Source: Macrostomum hystrix
Lineage: Eukaryota > Animalia > Platyhelminthes
NCBI GenBank assembly: GCA_950097015.1
Contig: CATNEN010000041.1
Location: 1,116,001 to 1,180,000, forward strand
Direction of reading: 5' to 3'
DNA: 64,000 bases
Shown: positions 35,635-49,616 of the stretch, one piece after another
Layout: each line of letters begins with the position of its first letter
Numbering within the stretch: position 1 is the first letter of the stretch
Notes under the pieces: generated by a model
What the model saw: only the letters and a program-made list of their open reading frames with translations
Databases searched by the model: none
What the model was told of the DNA's origin: nothing
Made by a program: the position numbers and the translations under genes

Positions 35635-37440
35635 ATTGAGGATGGGATCTCAAAGTAGGGAGATTGAGGATGGGATCTCAAAGTAGGGAGATTGAGGATG
35701 GGATCTCAAAGTAGGGAGATTGAGGATGGGATCTCAAAGTAGGGAGATTGAGGATGGGATCTCAAAGTAGGGAGATTGAGGATGGGATCTCAAAGTAGGG
35801 AGATTGAGGATGGGATCTCAAAATAAGGAGATTCAGGGTGGGATCTCAAAGTAGGGAGATTAAGGATGGGATCTCAAAGTAAAAAGATTGAGGATGGGAT
35901 CTCAAAGTAGGGAGATTGAGGATGGGATCTCAAAATAAGGAGATTCAGGGTGGGATCTCAAAGTAGGGAGATTAAGGATGGGATCTCAAAGTAAAAAGAT
36001 TGAGGATGGGATCTCCAAGTAAGGAGATTGAGGATGGGATCTCAAAATAAGGAGATTCAGGGTGGGATCTCAAAGTAGGGAGATTAAGGATGGGATCTCA
36101 AAGTAAAAAGATTGAGGATGGGATCTCCAAGTAAGGAGATTGAAGATGAGATCTCACATTAAAGAGATTGAGTAAGGACATTGAGGATGGGATCTCAAAG
36201 TAAGGAGATTAAGGATGGGATCTCAAAATAAGGAGATTGAGGATGGGATCTCAAAGTAGGGAGATTGAGGATGGGATCTCAAAGTAATAAGATTGAGGAT
36301 GGGATCTCCAAGTAAGGTAAGATTGAAGATAAGATCTCATTGGGGAGAATGAGGATGGGATCTCAGTGGGAGAATGAGGGTGGGATCTCAGTGGGAGAAT
36401 GAAGATGGGATCTCAGTGGGATAAAAAAGGTGGGATCTCATTGGGGAGAAAAAGGATGGGATCTCAGTGGGAGAATGGGGATGGGATCTCAGTGGGATAA
36501 AAAAGGTGGGATCTCATTGGGGAGAATGAGGATAGAATCTCTGTGGGAGAAGGAGGATGGGATCTCAGTGGGATTAAAAAGGTGGGATCTCATTGGGGAG
36601 AATGAGGATGGGATCTCTGTGGGAGAATGAGGATGGGATCTCAGTGGGAGAATGAGGATGGGATCTCAGTGGGAGAATGAGGATGGGATCGCTTTGGGGA
36701 GAATCAGGATGGGATCTCAGTGGGAGAATGAGGATGGGATCTCAAATTAAACAGATTGAGGATGGGATCTCAAATTAAACAGATTGAGGATGGGATCTCA
36801 AAGTAAGGAGAATGAGGATGGGATCTCATTGGGGAGAATGAGGATGGGATCTCAAAGTAAGGAGAATGAGGATGGGATCTCAAATGAAACAGATTGAGGA
36901 TGGGATCTCAAATGAAACAGATTGAGGATGGGATCTCAAAGTAAGGAGAATGAGGATGGGATATCATTGGGGAGAATGAGGATGGGATCTCAGTGGGAGA
37001 ATGAGGATGGGATCGCTTTGGGGAGAATCAGGATGGGATCTCAGTGGGAGAATGAGGATGGGATCTCAAATTAAACAGATTGAGGATGGGATCTCATTGG
37101 GGAGAATGAGGATGGGATCTCAAATTAAACTGATTGAGGATGGGATCTCAAACTAAGGAGAATGAGGATGGGATCTCATTGGGGAGAATGAGGATGGGAT
37201 CTCAAATTAAACTGATTGAGAATGGGATCTCAAAGTAAGGAGAATGAGGATGGGATCTCATTGGGGAGAATGAGGATGGAATCTGAGTGGGAGAATGAGG
37301 ATGGGATCTCAAATGAAACAGATTGAGGATGGAATCTCAAAGTAAGGAGAATGAGGATGGGATATCAAATGAAACAGACTGAGGATGGGATCTCAAAGTA
37401 AGGAGAATGAGGATGGGATCTCATTGGGGAGAATGAGGAG
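35635..37440. repeat. Composite 28/25-bp minisatellite with core GAGGATGGGATCTCA
   Basis: A constant core with a variable spacer (AAGTAGGGAGATT, GTGGGAGAAT, AATTAAACAGATT, etc.). Confidence 0.96.
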
Positions 37441-37869
37441 AGCATGATTCCAGAACGCGCGCACAGGGATTTAAACCTGTTTTTCCCTTTTTGGGAGTGC
37501 CTTTAGACTCCAAGTGTTGGAAGCATATTAATACGAGCTATTGCTCCATTGTATTAAAATCATCTCACTTATTCAAAGTTAAATTTTTTTGCCGAATTCA
37601 CAATTGAAGACCTTAAGCTGCTAACCCACTAGGGTCTGAAGAAGATGCACAGGAAATGTCGCTTTTACCCTTGAAGATTTAGAAAACGAAATGCCTGTGT
37701 TACACCTGGCAATCTATAGATAGTCGAATTGCTTAATTAAGGCCTAACTGGAGACTGTGACAAAGGATAGCATTTGAAGAGATAAAAGAACACACAAAAC
37801 ATTGCAATCAGGCACGGGAATATTGGGGAAACAAAAGTAATATTTTTTCCATTCCACAAATTTGAACTC

Positions 37870-40800
37870 GGATTCCGATGGGATTTCTCCGATTCCCAAA
37901 TAATATACCGGTGGGATTTCTCTGATTCCCAAATAATATAACGGTGGGATTAATCCGATTGCCAAGTAATATACCGGTGTGATTTCTCCGATTCCCGAAT
38001 AATATACCGGTGTGATTTCTCTGATTCCCAAAAAATATACCGGTGTGATTTCTCTGATTCCCAAATAATATACCGGTGTGATTTCTCCGATTCCCGAATA
38101 ATATACCGGTGTGATTTCTCTGATTCCCAAATAATATACCGGTGTGATTTCTCCGATTCCCGAATAATATACCGGTGGGATTTCTCTGATTCCCAAATAA
38201 TATACCGGTGGGATTTCTCCGATTCCCGAATAATATACCGGTGTGATTTCTCTGATTCCCAAATAATATACCGGTGTGATTTCTCTGATTCCCAAATAAT
38301 ATACCGGTGTGATTTCTCTGATTCCCAAATAATATACCGGTGTGATTTCTCCGATTCCCGAATAATATACCGGTGGGATTTCTCTGATTCCCAAATAATA
38401 TACCGGTGGAATTTCTTCGATTCCCAAAAAATATACCGGTGAGATTTCTCTGATTCCCAAATAATATACCGGTGGGATTTCTCCGATTCCCGAATAATAT
38501 ACCGGTGTGATTTCTCTGATTCCCAAATAATATACCGGTGTGATTTCTCTGATTCCCAAATAATATACCGGTGTGATTTCTCCGATTCCCGAATAATATA
38601 CCGGTGGGATTTCTCTGATTCCCAAATAATATACCGGTGGGATTTCTCTGATTCCCAAATAATATACCGGTGTGATTTCTCTGATTCCCAAATAATATAC
38701 CGGTGTGATTTCTCTGATTCCCAAATAATATACCGGTGGGATTTCTCTGATTCCCAAATAATATACCGGTGTGATTTCTCCGATTCCCGAATAATATACC
38801 GGTGGGATTTCTCCGATTCCCAAATAATATACCGGTGGGATTTCTCTGATTCCCAAATAATATACCGGTGTGATTTCTCCGATTCCCGAATAATATACCG
38901 GGGGGATTTCTCTGATTCCCGAATAATATACCGGTGTGATTTCTCCGATTCCCGAATAATATACCGGTGGGATTTCTCTGATTCCCAAATAATATACCGG
39001 TGGGATTTCTCTGATTCCCAAATAATATAACGGTGGGATTAATCCGATTGCCAAGTAATATACCGGTGTGATTTCTCCGATTCCCGAATAATATACCGGT
39101 GTGATTTCTCTGATTCCCAAATAATATACCGGTGTGATTTCTCCGATTCCCGAATAATATACCGGTGTGATTTCTCTGATTCCCGAATAATATACCGGTG
39201 TGATTTCTCTGATTCCCAAATAATATACCGGTGTGATTTCTCCGATTCCCGAATAATATACCGGTGGGATTTCTCTGATTCCCAAATAATATACCGGTGG
39301 AATTTCTTCGATTCCCAAATAATATACCGGTGAGATTTCTATGATTCCCAAATAATATACCGGTGGGATTTCTCTGATTCCCAAATAATATAACGGTGGG
39401 ATTAATCCGATTGCCAAGTAATATACCGGTGTGATTTCTCTGATTCCCAAATAATATACCGGTGTGATTTCTCCGATTCCCGAATAATATACCGGTGGGA
39501 TTTCTCTGATTCCCAAATAATATACCGGTGTGATTTCTCCGATTCCCGAATAATATACCGGTGGGATTTCTCTGATTCCCAAATAATATACCGGTGGGAT
39601 TTCTCCGATTCCCGAATAATATACCGGTGTGATTTCTCTGATTCCCAAATAATATACCGGTGTGATTTCTCTGATTCCCAAATAATATACCGGTGTGATT
39701 TCTCCGATTCCCGAATAATATACCGGTGGGATTTCTCTGATTCCCAAATAATATACCGGTGGGATTTCTCTGATTCCCAAATAATATACCGGTGTGATTT
39801 CTCTGATTCCCAAATAATATACCGGTGTGATTTCTCTGATTCCCAAATAATATACCGGTGGGATTTCTCTGATTCCCAAATAATATACCGGTGTGATTTC
39901 TCCGATTCCCGAATAATATACCGGTGGGATTTCTCTGATTCCCAAATAATATACCGGTGGGATTTCTCTGATTCCCAAATAATATACCGGTGTGATTTCT
40001 CCGATTCCCGAATAATATAACGGTGGGATTAATCCGATTGCCAAGTAATATACCGGTGTGATTTCTCTGATTCCCAAATAATATACCGGTGTGATTTCTC
40101 CGATTCCCGAATAATATACCGGTGGGATTTCTCTGATTCCCAAATAATATACCGGTGTGATTTCTCCGATTCCCGAATAATATACCGGTGGGATTTCTCT
40201 GATTCCCAAATAATATACCGGTGGGATTTCTCCGATTCCCGAATAATATACCGGTGTGATTTCTCTGATTCCCAAATAATATACCGGTGTGATTTCTCTG
40301 ATTCCCAAATAATATACCGGTGTGATTTCTCCGATTCCCGAATAATATACCGGTGGGATTTCTCTGATTCCCAAATAATATACCGGTGGGATTTCTCTGA
40401 TTCCCAAATAATATACCGGTGTGATTTCTCTGATTCCCAAATAATATACCGGTGTGATTTCTCTGATTCCCAAATAATATACCGGTGGGATTTCTCTGAT
40501 TCCCAAATAATATACCGGTGTGATTTCTCCGATTCCCGAATAATATACCGGTGGGATTTCTCTGATTCCCAAATAATATACCGGTGGGATTTCTCTGATT
40601 CCCAAATAATATACCGGTGTGATTTCTCCGATTCCCGAATAATATACCGGTGGGATTTCTCTGATTCCCAAATAATATACCGGTGGAATTTCTTCGATTC
40701 CCAAATAATATACCGGTGAGATTTCTCTGATTCCCAAATAATATACCGGTGGGATTTCTCTGATTCCCAAATAATATAACGGTGGGATTAATCCGATTGC

Positions 40801-43800
40801 CAAGTAATATACCGGTGTGATTTCTCTGATTCCCAAATAATATACCGGTGTGATTTCTCCGATTCCCGAATAATATACCGGTGGGATTTCTCTGATTCCC
40901 AAATAATATACCGGTGGGATTTCTCTGATTCCCAAATAATATACCGGTGTGATTTCTCCGATTCCCAAATAATATACCGGTGTGATTTCTCTGATTCCCA
41001 AATAATATACCGGTGGGATTTCTCTGATTCCCAAATAATATACCGGTGTGATTTCTCCGATTCCCGAATAATATACCGGTGGGATTTCTCTGATTCCCAA
41101 ATAATATACCGGTGGGATTTCTCTGATTCCCAAATAATATACCGGTGTGATTTCTCCGATTCCCGAATAATATACCGGTGGGATTTCTCTGATTCCCGAA
41201 TAATATACCGGTGTGATTTCTCCGATTCCCGAATAATATACCGGTGGGATTTCTCTGATTCCCAAATAATATACCGGTGGGATTTCTCTGATTCCCAAAT
41301 AATATAACGGTGGGATTAATCCGATTGCCAAGTAATATACCGGTGTGATTTCTCCGATTCCCGAATAATATACCGGTGTGATTTCTCTGATTCCCAAATA
41401 ATATACCGGTGTGATTTCTCCGATTCCCGAATAATATACCGGAGTGATTTCTCTGATTCCCGAATAATATACCGGTGTGATTTCTCTGATTCCCGAATAA
41501 TATACCGGTGTGATTTCTCCGATTCCCGAATAATATACCGGTGTGATTTCTCTGATTCCCAAATAATATACCGGTGTGATTTCTCCGATTCCCGAATAAT
41601 ATACCGGTGTGATTTCTCTGATTCCCGAATAATATACCGGTGTGATTTCTCTGATTCCCGAATAATATACCGGTGTGATTTCTCCGATTCCCAAATAATA
41701 TACCGGTGTGATTTCTCCGATTCCCGAATAATATACCGGTGTGATTTCTCTGATTCCCAAATAATATACCGGTGTGATTTCTCCGATTCCCGAATAATAT
41801 ACCGTTGGGATTTCTCTGATTCCCAAATAATATACCGGTGGGATTTCTCCGATTCCCGAATAATATACCGGTGTGATTTCTCTGATTCCCAAATAATATA
41901 CCGGTGTGATTTCTCTGATTCCCGAATAATATACCGGTGTGATTTCTCTGATTCCCAAATAATATACCGGTGTGATTTCTCCGATTCCCGAATAATATAC
42001 CGGTGGGATTTCTCTGATTCCCAAATAATATACCGGTGGGATTTCTCTGATTCCCAAATAATATACCGGTGTGATTTCTCCGATTCCCGAATAATATACC
42101 GGTGGGATTTCTCTGATTCCCGAATAATATACCGGTGTGATTTCTCCGATTCCCGAATAATATACCGGTGGGATTTCTCTGATTCCCAAATAATATACCG
42201 GTGGGATTTCTCTGATTCCCAAATAATATAACGGTGGGATTAATCCGATTGCCAAGTAATATACCGGTCTGATTTCTCCGATTCCCGAATAATATACCGG
42301 TGTGATTTCTCTGATTCCCAAATAATATACCGGTGTGATTTCTCCGATTCCCGAATAATATACCGGTGGATTTCTCCGATTCCCGAATAATATACCGGTG
42401 GGATTTCTCTGATTCCCAAATAATATACCGGTGGATTTCTCCGATTCCCGAATAATATACCGGTGTGATTTCTCTGATTCCCAAATAATATACCGGTGTG
42501 ATTTCTCTGATTCCCAAATAATATACCGGTGTGATTTCTCCGATTCCCGAATAATATACCGGTGGGATTTCTCTGATTCCCAAATAATATACCGGTGGGA
42601 TTTCTCTGATTCCCAAATAATATACCGGTGTGATTTCTCTGATTCCCAAATAATATACCGGTGTGATTTCTCCGATTCCCAAATAATATACCGGTGGGAT
42701 TTCTCTGATTCCCAAATAATATACCGGTGTGATTTCTCCGATTCCCGAATAATATACCGGTGGGATTTCTCTGATTCCCAAATAATATACCGGTGGGATT
42801 TCTCTGATTCCCAAATAATATACCGGTGTGATTTCTCCGATTCCCAAATAATATACCGGTGTGATTTCTCTGATTCCCAAATAATATACCGGTGGGATTT
42901 CTCTGATTCCCAAATAATATACCGGTGTGATTTCTCCGATTCCCGAATAATATACCGGTGGGATTTCTCTGATTCCCAAATAATATACCGGTGGGATTTC
43001 TCTGATTCCCAAATAATATACCGGTGTGATTTCTCCGATTCCCGAATAATATACCGGTGGGATTTCTCTGATTCCCGAATAATATACCGGTGTGATTTCT
43101 CCGATTCCCGAATAATATACCGGTGGATTTCTCTGATTCCCAAATAATATACCGGTGGGATTTCTCTGATTCCCAAATAATATAACGGTGGGATTAATCC
43201 GATTGCCAAGTAATATACCGGTGTGATTTCTCCGATTCCCGAATAATATACCGGTGTGATTTCTCTGATTCCCAAATAATATACCGGTGTGATTTCTCCG
43301 ATTCCCGAATAATATACCGGAGTGATTTCTCTGATTCCCGAATAATATACCGGTGTGATTTCTCTGATTCCCGAATAATATACCGGTGTGATTTCTCCGA
43401 TTCCCGAATAATATACCGGTTGTGATTTCTCTGATTCCCAAATAATATACCGGTGTGATTTCTCCGATTCCCGAATAATATACCGGTTGTGATTTCTCTG
43501 ATTCCCGAATAATATACCGGTGTGATTTCTCTGATTCCCAAATAATATACCGGTGTGATTTCTCTGATTCCCAAATAATATACCGGTGTGATTTCTCCGA
43601 TTCCCGAATAATATACCGGTGGGATTTCTCTGATTCCCAAATAATATACCGGTGGAATTTCTTCGATTCCCAAATAATATACCGGTGAGATTTCTCTGAT
43701 TCCCAAATAATATACCGGTGGGATTTCTCTGATTCCCAAATAATATAACGGTGGGATTAATCCGATTGCCAAGTAATATACCGGTGTGATTTCTCTGATT

Positions 43801-46800
43801 CCCGAATAATATACCGGTGTGATTTCTCTGATTCCCAAATAATATACCGGTGTGATTTCTCTGATTCCCAAATAATATACCGGTGTGATTTCTCCGATTC
43901 CCGAATAATATACCGGTGGGATTTCTCTGATTCCCAAATAATATACCGGTGGGATTTCTCTGATTCCCAAATAATATACCGGTGTGATTTCTCCGATTCC
44001 CGAATAATATACCGGTGGGATTTCTCTGATTCCCAAATAATATACCGGTGGGATTTCTCCGATTCCCGAATAATATACCGGTGTGATTTCTCTGATTCCC
44101 AAATAATATACCGGTGTGATTTCTCCGATTCCCGAATAATATACCGGTGGGATTTCTCTGATTCCCAAATAATATACCGGTGGGATTTCTCTGATTCCCA
44201 AATAATATACCGGTGTGATTTCTCCGATTCCCGAATAATATACCGGTGGGATTTCTCTGATTCCCGAATAATATACCGGTGTGATTTCTCCGATTCCCGA
44301 ATAATATACCGGTGGGATTTCTCTGATTCCCAAATAATATACCGGTGGGATTTCTCTGATTCCCAAATAATATAACGGTGGGATTAATCCGATTGCCAAG
44401 TAATATACCGGTGTGATTTCTCCGATTCCCGAATAATATACCGGTGTGATTTCTCTGATTCCCAAATAATATACCGGTGTGATTTCTCCGATTCCCGAAT
44501 AATATACCGGTGGGATTTCTCTGATTCCCAAATAATATACCGGTGGAATTTCTTCGATTCCCAAATAATATACCGGTGAGATTTCTATGATTCCCAAATA
44601 ATATACCGGTGGGATTTCTCTGATTCCCAAATAATATAACGGTGGGATTAATCCGATTGCCAAGTAATATACCGGTGTAATTTCTCTGATTCCCAAATAA
44701 TATACCGGTGTGATTTCTCCGATTCCCGAATAATATACCGGTGGGATTTCTCTGATTCCCAAATAATATACCGGTGTGATTTCTCCGATTCCCGAATAAT
44801 ATACCGGTGGGATTTCTCTGATTCCCAAATAATATACCGGTGGGATTTCTCCGATTCCCGAATAATATACCGGTGTGATTTCTCTGATTCCCAAATAATA
44901 TACCGGTGTGATTTCTCTGATTCCCAAATAATATACCGGTGTGATTTCTCCGATTCCCGAATAATATACCGGTGGGATTTCTCTGATTCCCAAATAATAT
45001 ACCGGTGGGATTTCTCTGATTCCCAAATAATATACCGGTGTGATTTCTCTGATTCCCAAATAATATACCGGTGTGATTTCTCTGATTCCCAAATAATATA
45101 CCGGTGGGATTTCTCTGATTCCCAAATAATATACCGGTGTGATTTCTCCGATTCCCGAATAATATACCGGTGGGATTTCTCTGATTCCCAAATAATATAC
45201 CGGTGGGATTTCTCTGATTCCCAAATAATATACCGGTGTGATTTCTCCGATTCCCTGAATAATATACCGGTGGGATTTCTCTGATTCCCGAATAATATAC
45301 CGGTGTGATTTCTCCGATTCCCGAATAATATACCGGTGGGATTTCTCTGATTCCCAAATAATATACCGGTGGGATTTCTCTGATTCCCAAATAATATAAC
45401 GGTGGGATTAATCCGATTGCCAAGTAATATACCGGTGTGATTTCTCCGATTCCCGAATAATATACCGTTGTGATTTCTCTGATTCCCAAATAATATACCG
45501 GTGTGATTTCTCCGATTCCCGAATAATATACCGGTGTGATTTCTCTGATTCCCGAATAATATACCGGTGTGATTTCTCCGATTCCCGAATAATATACCGG
45601 TGTGATTTCTCTGAATCCAGAATAATATACCGGTGTGATTTCTCTGATTCCTAAGTAATATACCGGTGGGATTTCTCTGATTCCCAAATAATATATCGGT
45701 GGGATTTCTCTGATTCCCAAATAATATATCGGTGGGATTTCTCCGATTCCCAAATAATATACCGGTGGGATTTCTCCGATTCCCAAATAAGATTCCAATG
45801 GGATTTCTCTGATTCCCAAATAATATACCGGTGGGATTTCTCTGATTCCCAAATAATATAACGGTGGGATTAATCCGATTGCCAAGTAATATACCGGTGT
45901 GATTTCTCCGATTCCCGAATAATATACCGGTGTGATTTCTCTGATTCCCAAATAATATACCGGTGTGATTTCTCCGATTCCCGAATAATATACCGGTGGG
46001 ATTTCTCTGATTCCCAAATAATATACCGGTGGAATTTCTTCGATTCCCAAATAATATACCGGTGAGATTTCTCTGATTCCCAAATAATATACCGGTGGAA
46101 TTTCTTCGATTCCCAAATAATATACCGGTGAGATTTCTCTGATTCCCAAATAATATACCGGTGGGATTTCTCCGATTCCAAAATAATATAACGGTGGGAT
46201 TAATCCGATTGCCAAGTAATATACCGGTGTGATTTCTCTGATTCCCAAATAATATACCGGTGTGATTTCTCTGATTCCCAAATAATATAACGGTGGGATT
46301 AATCCGATTGCCAAGTAATATACCGGTGTGATTTCTCTGATTCCCAAATAATATACCGGTGTGATTTCTCCGATTCCCGAATAATATACCGGTGGGATTT
46401 CTCTGATTCCCAAATAATATACCGGTGGGATTTCTCTGATTCCCAAATAATATACCGGTGTGATTTCTCCGATTCCCGAATAATATACCGGTGGGATTTC
46501 TCTGATTCCAAAATAATATACCGGTGGGATTTCTCCGATTCCCGAATAATATACCGGTGTGATTTCTCTGATTCCCAAATAATATACCGGTGTGATTTCT
46601 CTGATTCCCAAATAATATACCGGTGTGATTTCTCCGATTCCCGAATAATATACCGGTGGGATTTCTCTGATTCCCAAATAATATACCGGTGGGATTTCTC
46701 TGATTCCCAAATAATATACCGGTGTGATTTCTCCGATTCCCAAATAATATACCGGTGTGATTTCTCTGATTCCCAAATAATATACCGGTGGGATTTCTCT

Positions 46801-48710
46801 GATTCCCAAATAATATACCGGTGTGATTTCTCCGATTCCCGAATAATATACCGGTGGGATTTCTCTGATTCCCAAATAATATACCGGTGGGATTTCTCTG
46901 ATTCCCAAATAATATACCGGTGTGATTTCTCCGATTCCCGAATAATATACCGGTGGGATTTCTCTGATTCCCGAATAATATACCGGTGTGATTTCTCCGA
47001 TTCCCGAATAATATACCGGTGGGATTTCTCTGATTCCCAAATAATATACCGGTGGGATTTCTCTGATTCCCAAATAATATAACGGTGGGATTAATCCGAT
47101 TGCCAAGTAATATACCGGTGTGATTTCTCCGATTCCCGAATAATATACCGGTGTGATTTCTCTGATTCCCAAATAATATACCGGTGTGATTTCTCCGATT
47201 CCCGAATAATATACCGGAGTGATTTCTCTGATTCCCGAATAATATACCGGTGTGATTTCTCTGATTCCCGAATAATATACCGGTGTGATTTCTCCGATTC
47301 CCGAATAATATACCGGTGTGATTTCTCTGATTCCCAAATAATATACCGGTGTGATTTCTCCGATTCCCGAATAATATACCGGTGTGATTTCTCTGATTCC
47401 CGAATAATATACCGGTGTGATTTCTCTGATTCCCGAATAATATACCGGTGTGATTTCTCTGATTCCCGAATAATATACCGGTGTGATTTCTCTGATTCCC
47501 AAATAATATACCGGTGGGATTTCTCTGATTCCCAAATAATATACCGGTGTGATTTCTCTGATTCCCAAGTAATATACCGGTGGGATTTCTCTGATTCCCA
47601 AATAATATATCGGTGGGATTTCTCTGATTCCCAAATAATATATCGGTGGGATTTCTCCGATTCCCAAATAATATACCGGTGGGATTTCTCCGATTCCCAA
47701 ATAATATACCGGTGTGATTTCTCTGATTCCCAAATAATATACCGGTGTGATTTCTCTGATTCCCAAATAATATAACGGTGGGATTTCTCTGATTCCCGAA
47801 TAATATACCGGTGTGATTTCTCCGATTCCCGAATAATATACCGGTGTGATTTCTCTGATTCCCAAATAATATACCGGTGTGATTTCTCCGATTCCCGAAT
47901 AATATACCGGTGTGATTTCTCTGATTCCCGAATAATATACCGGTGTGATTTCTCCGATTCCCAAATAAGATTCCAATGGGATTTTTCTGATTCCCGAATA
48001 ATATACCGGTGTGATTTCTCCGATTCCCGAATAATATACCGGTGTGATTTCTCTGATTCCCAAATAATATACCGGTGGGATTTCTCTGATTCCCAAATAA
48101 TATACCGGTGGGATTTCTCTGATTCCCAAATAATATACCGGTGGGATTTCTCCGATTCCCGAATAAGATTCCAATGGGATTTTTCTGATTCCCGAATAAT
48201 ATACCGGTGTGATTTCTCTGATTCCCAAATAATATACCGGTGTGATTTCTCTGATTCCCAAATAATATACCGGTGTGATTTCTCCGATTCCCGAATAATA
48301 TACCGGTGTGATTTCTCCGATTCCCGAATAATATACCGGTGGGATTTCTCTGATTCCCAAATAATATACCGGTGTGATTTCTCCGATTCCCAAATAATAT
48401 ACCGGTGTGATTTCTCTGATTCCCAAATAATATACCGGTGGGATTTCTCTGATTCCCAAATAATATACCGGTGTGATTTCTCCGATTCCCGAATAATATA
48501 CCGGTGGGATTTCTCTGATTCCCAAATAATATACCGGTGGGATTTCTCTGATTCCCAAATAATATACCGGTGTGATTTCTCCGATTCCCGAATAATATAC
48601 CGGTGTGATTTCTCTGATTCCCGAATAATATACCGGTGGGATTTCTCCGATTCCCAAATAAGATTCCAATGGGATTTTTCTGATCCCCGAATATTATACC
48701 GATGGGATTA
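37870..48710. repeat. 10.8-kb satellite of a 33-bp unit (TAATATACCGGTGTGATTTCTCTGATTCCCAAA), about 328 copies
   Basis: Continuous tandem array with a small set of variant monomers and occasional 1-bp indels. Confidence 0.99.
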
Positions 48711-49267
48711 AAACAGAAAAAATTCGAGAGTACTGATCATTTATTAAGTTATTTATATTTCTCTCAGAAAAATGCACTGTGAGCAGTTCGGCATCGGCCT
48801 TCAGCGAAACTGCTCAGTTTCAATACCACTGACGAAATGGGATTCGTAAATATATTAACAAACGCCATGTTAAACTCAGTGAGAACTGAATCAAATTATC
48901 AATTTAAAAAGGAAGGTGCAGCTGCGGATAAAATATGCGGAAGATCGATGGGGCAAAACACAGGCGGATAATCTGCAAGGCAGCGCGAGATCGAACAAGA
49001 AAATAACTAAACAGAACAGGGGGTGGCTTTTTACACTAAAGATTCAACAAATTTTATAAAAGCCTGACAGGCTAAGAGAATACACAAGCTAAAAAATAGC
49101 AGCAGGAAAAACCAACGTTAGCTAAAATTGCACTAACCAAGCCCTGCAAAAAAAAATGGCCCCGCAGTCCTAGCAAGAAAATATGAACTAGAACTAGCCC
49201 TTAGTAGCGTTGCAATGGACAGCCATGAAGCTTATGAAGCTATTGAATGCGTGAGGGATCTTAACAG

Positions 49268-49545
49268 ACCTGAGGGTCTGGCATGTCACACACTAGATTC
49301 TGAGGATCTGGCATGTCACACACTAGATTCTGAGGATCTGGCATGTCACACACTAGATTCTGAGGGTCTGGCATGTCACACACTAGATTCTGAGGATCTG
49401 GCATGTCACACACTAGATTCTGAGGGTCTGGCATGTCACACACTAGATTCTGAGGATCTGGCATGTCACACACTAGATTCTGAGGGTCTGGCATGTCACA
49501 CACTAGATTCTGAGGATCTGGCATGTCACACACTAGATTCTGAGA
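49268..49545. repeat. 30-bp minisatellite (TCTGAGGATCTGGCATGTCACACACTAGAT), 9 copies
   Basis: Tandem copies just 3' of the minus-strand gene's stop codon. Confidence 0.96.
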
Positions 49546-49616
49546 ATATGTGTACGGTCTGTGTCCATCTGCATTGGAATGGTGATCAAGCCAACGCATA
49601 GAAGGCAGCACCACCA

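Noticed and set aside
34862-35681. 187-aa and 97-aa minus-strand ORFs
   Set aside because: The start lies in a repeat, there is no recognisable domain or clear codon bias, and no supporting splice path was found. A short orphan gene is not fully excluded.
35635-37440. CRISPR-like constant repeat with variable spacers
   Set aside because: Spacers are 10-13 bp and reused, there are no cas genes, and the context is eukaryotic.
37744-48669. 3641-aa, 1877-aa, 676-aa and related ORFs (PVYYLGIREIT / TGILFGNQRNH repeats)
   Set aside because: A 33-bp unit with no stop in these frames. Single-base indels switch frames freely along the array, and there is no unique N- or C-terminal domain.
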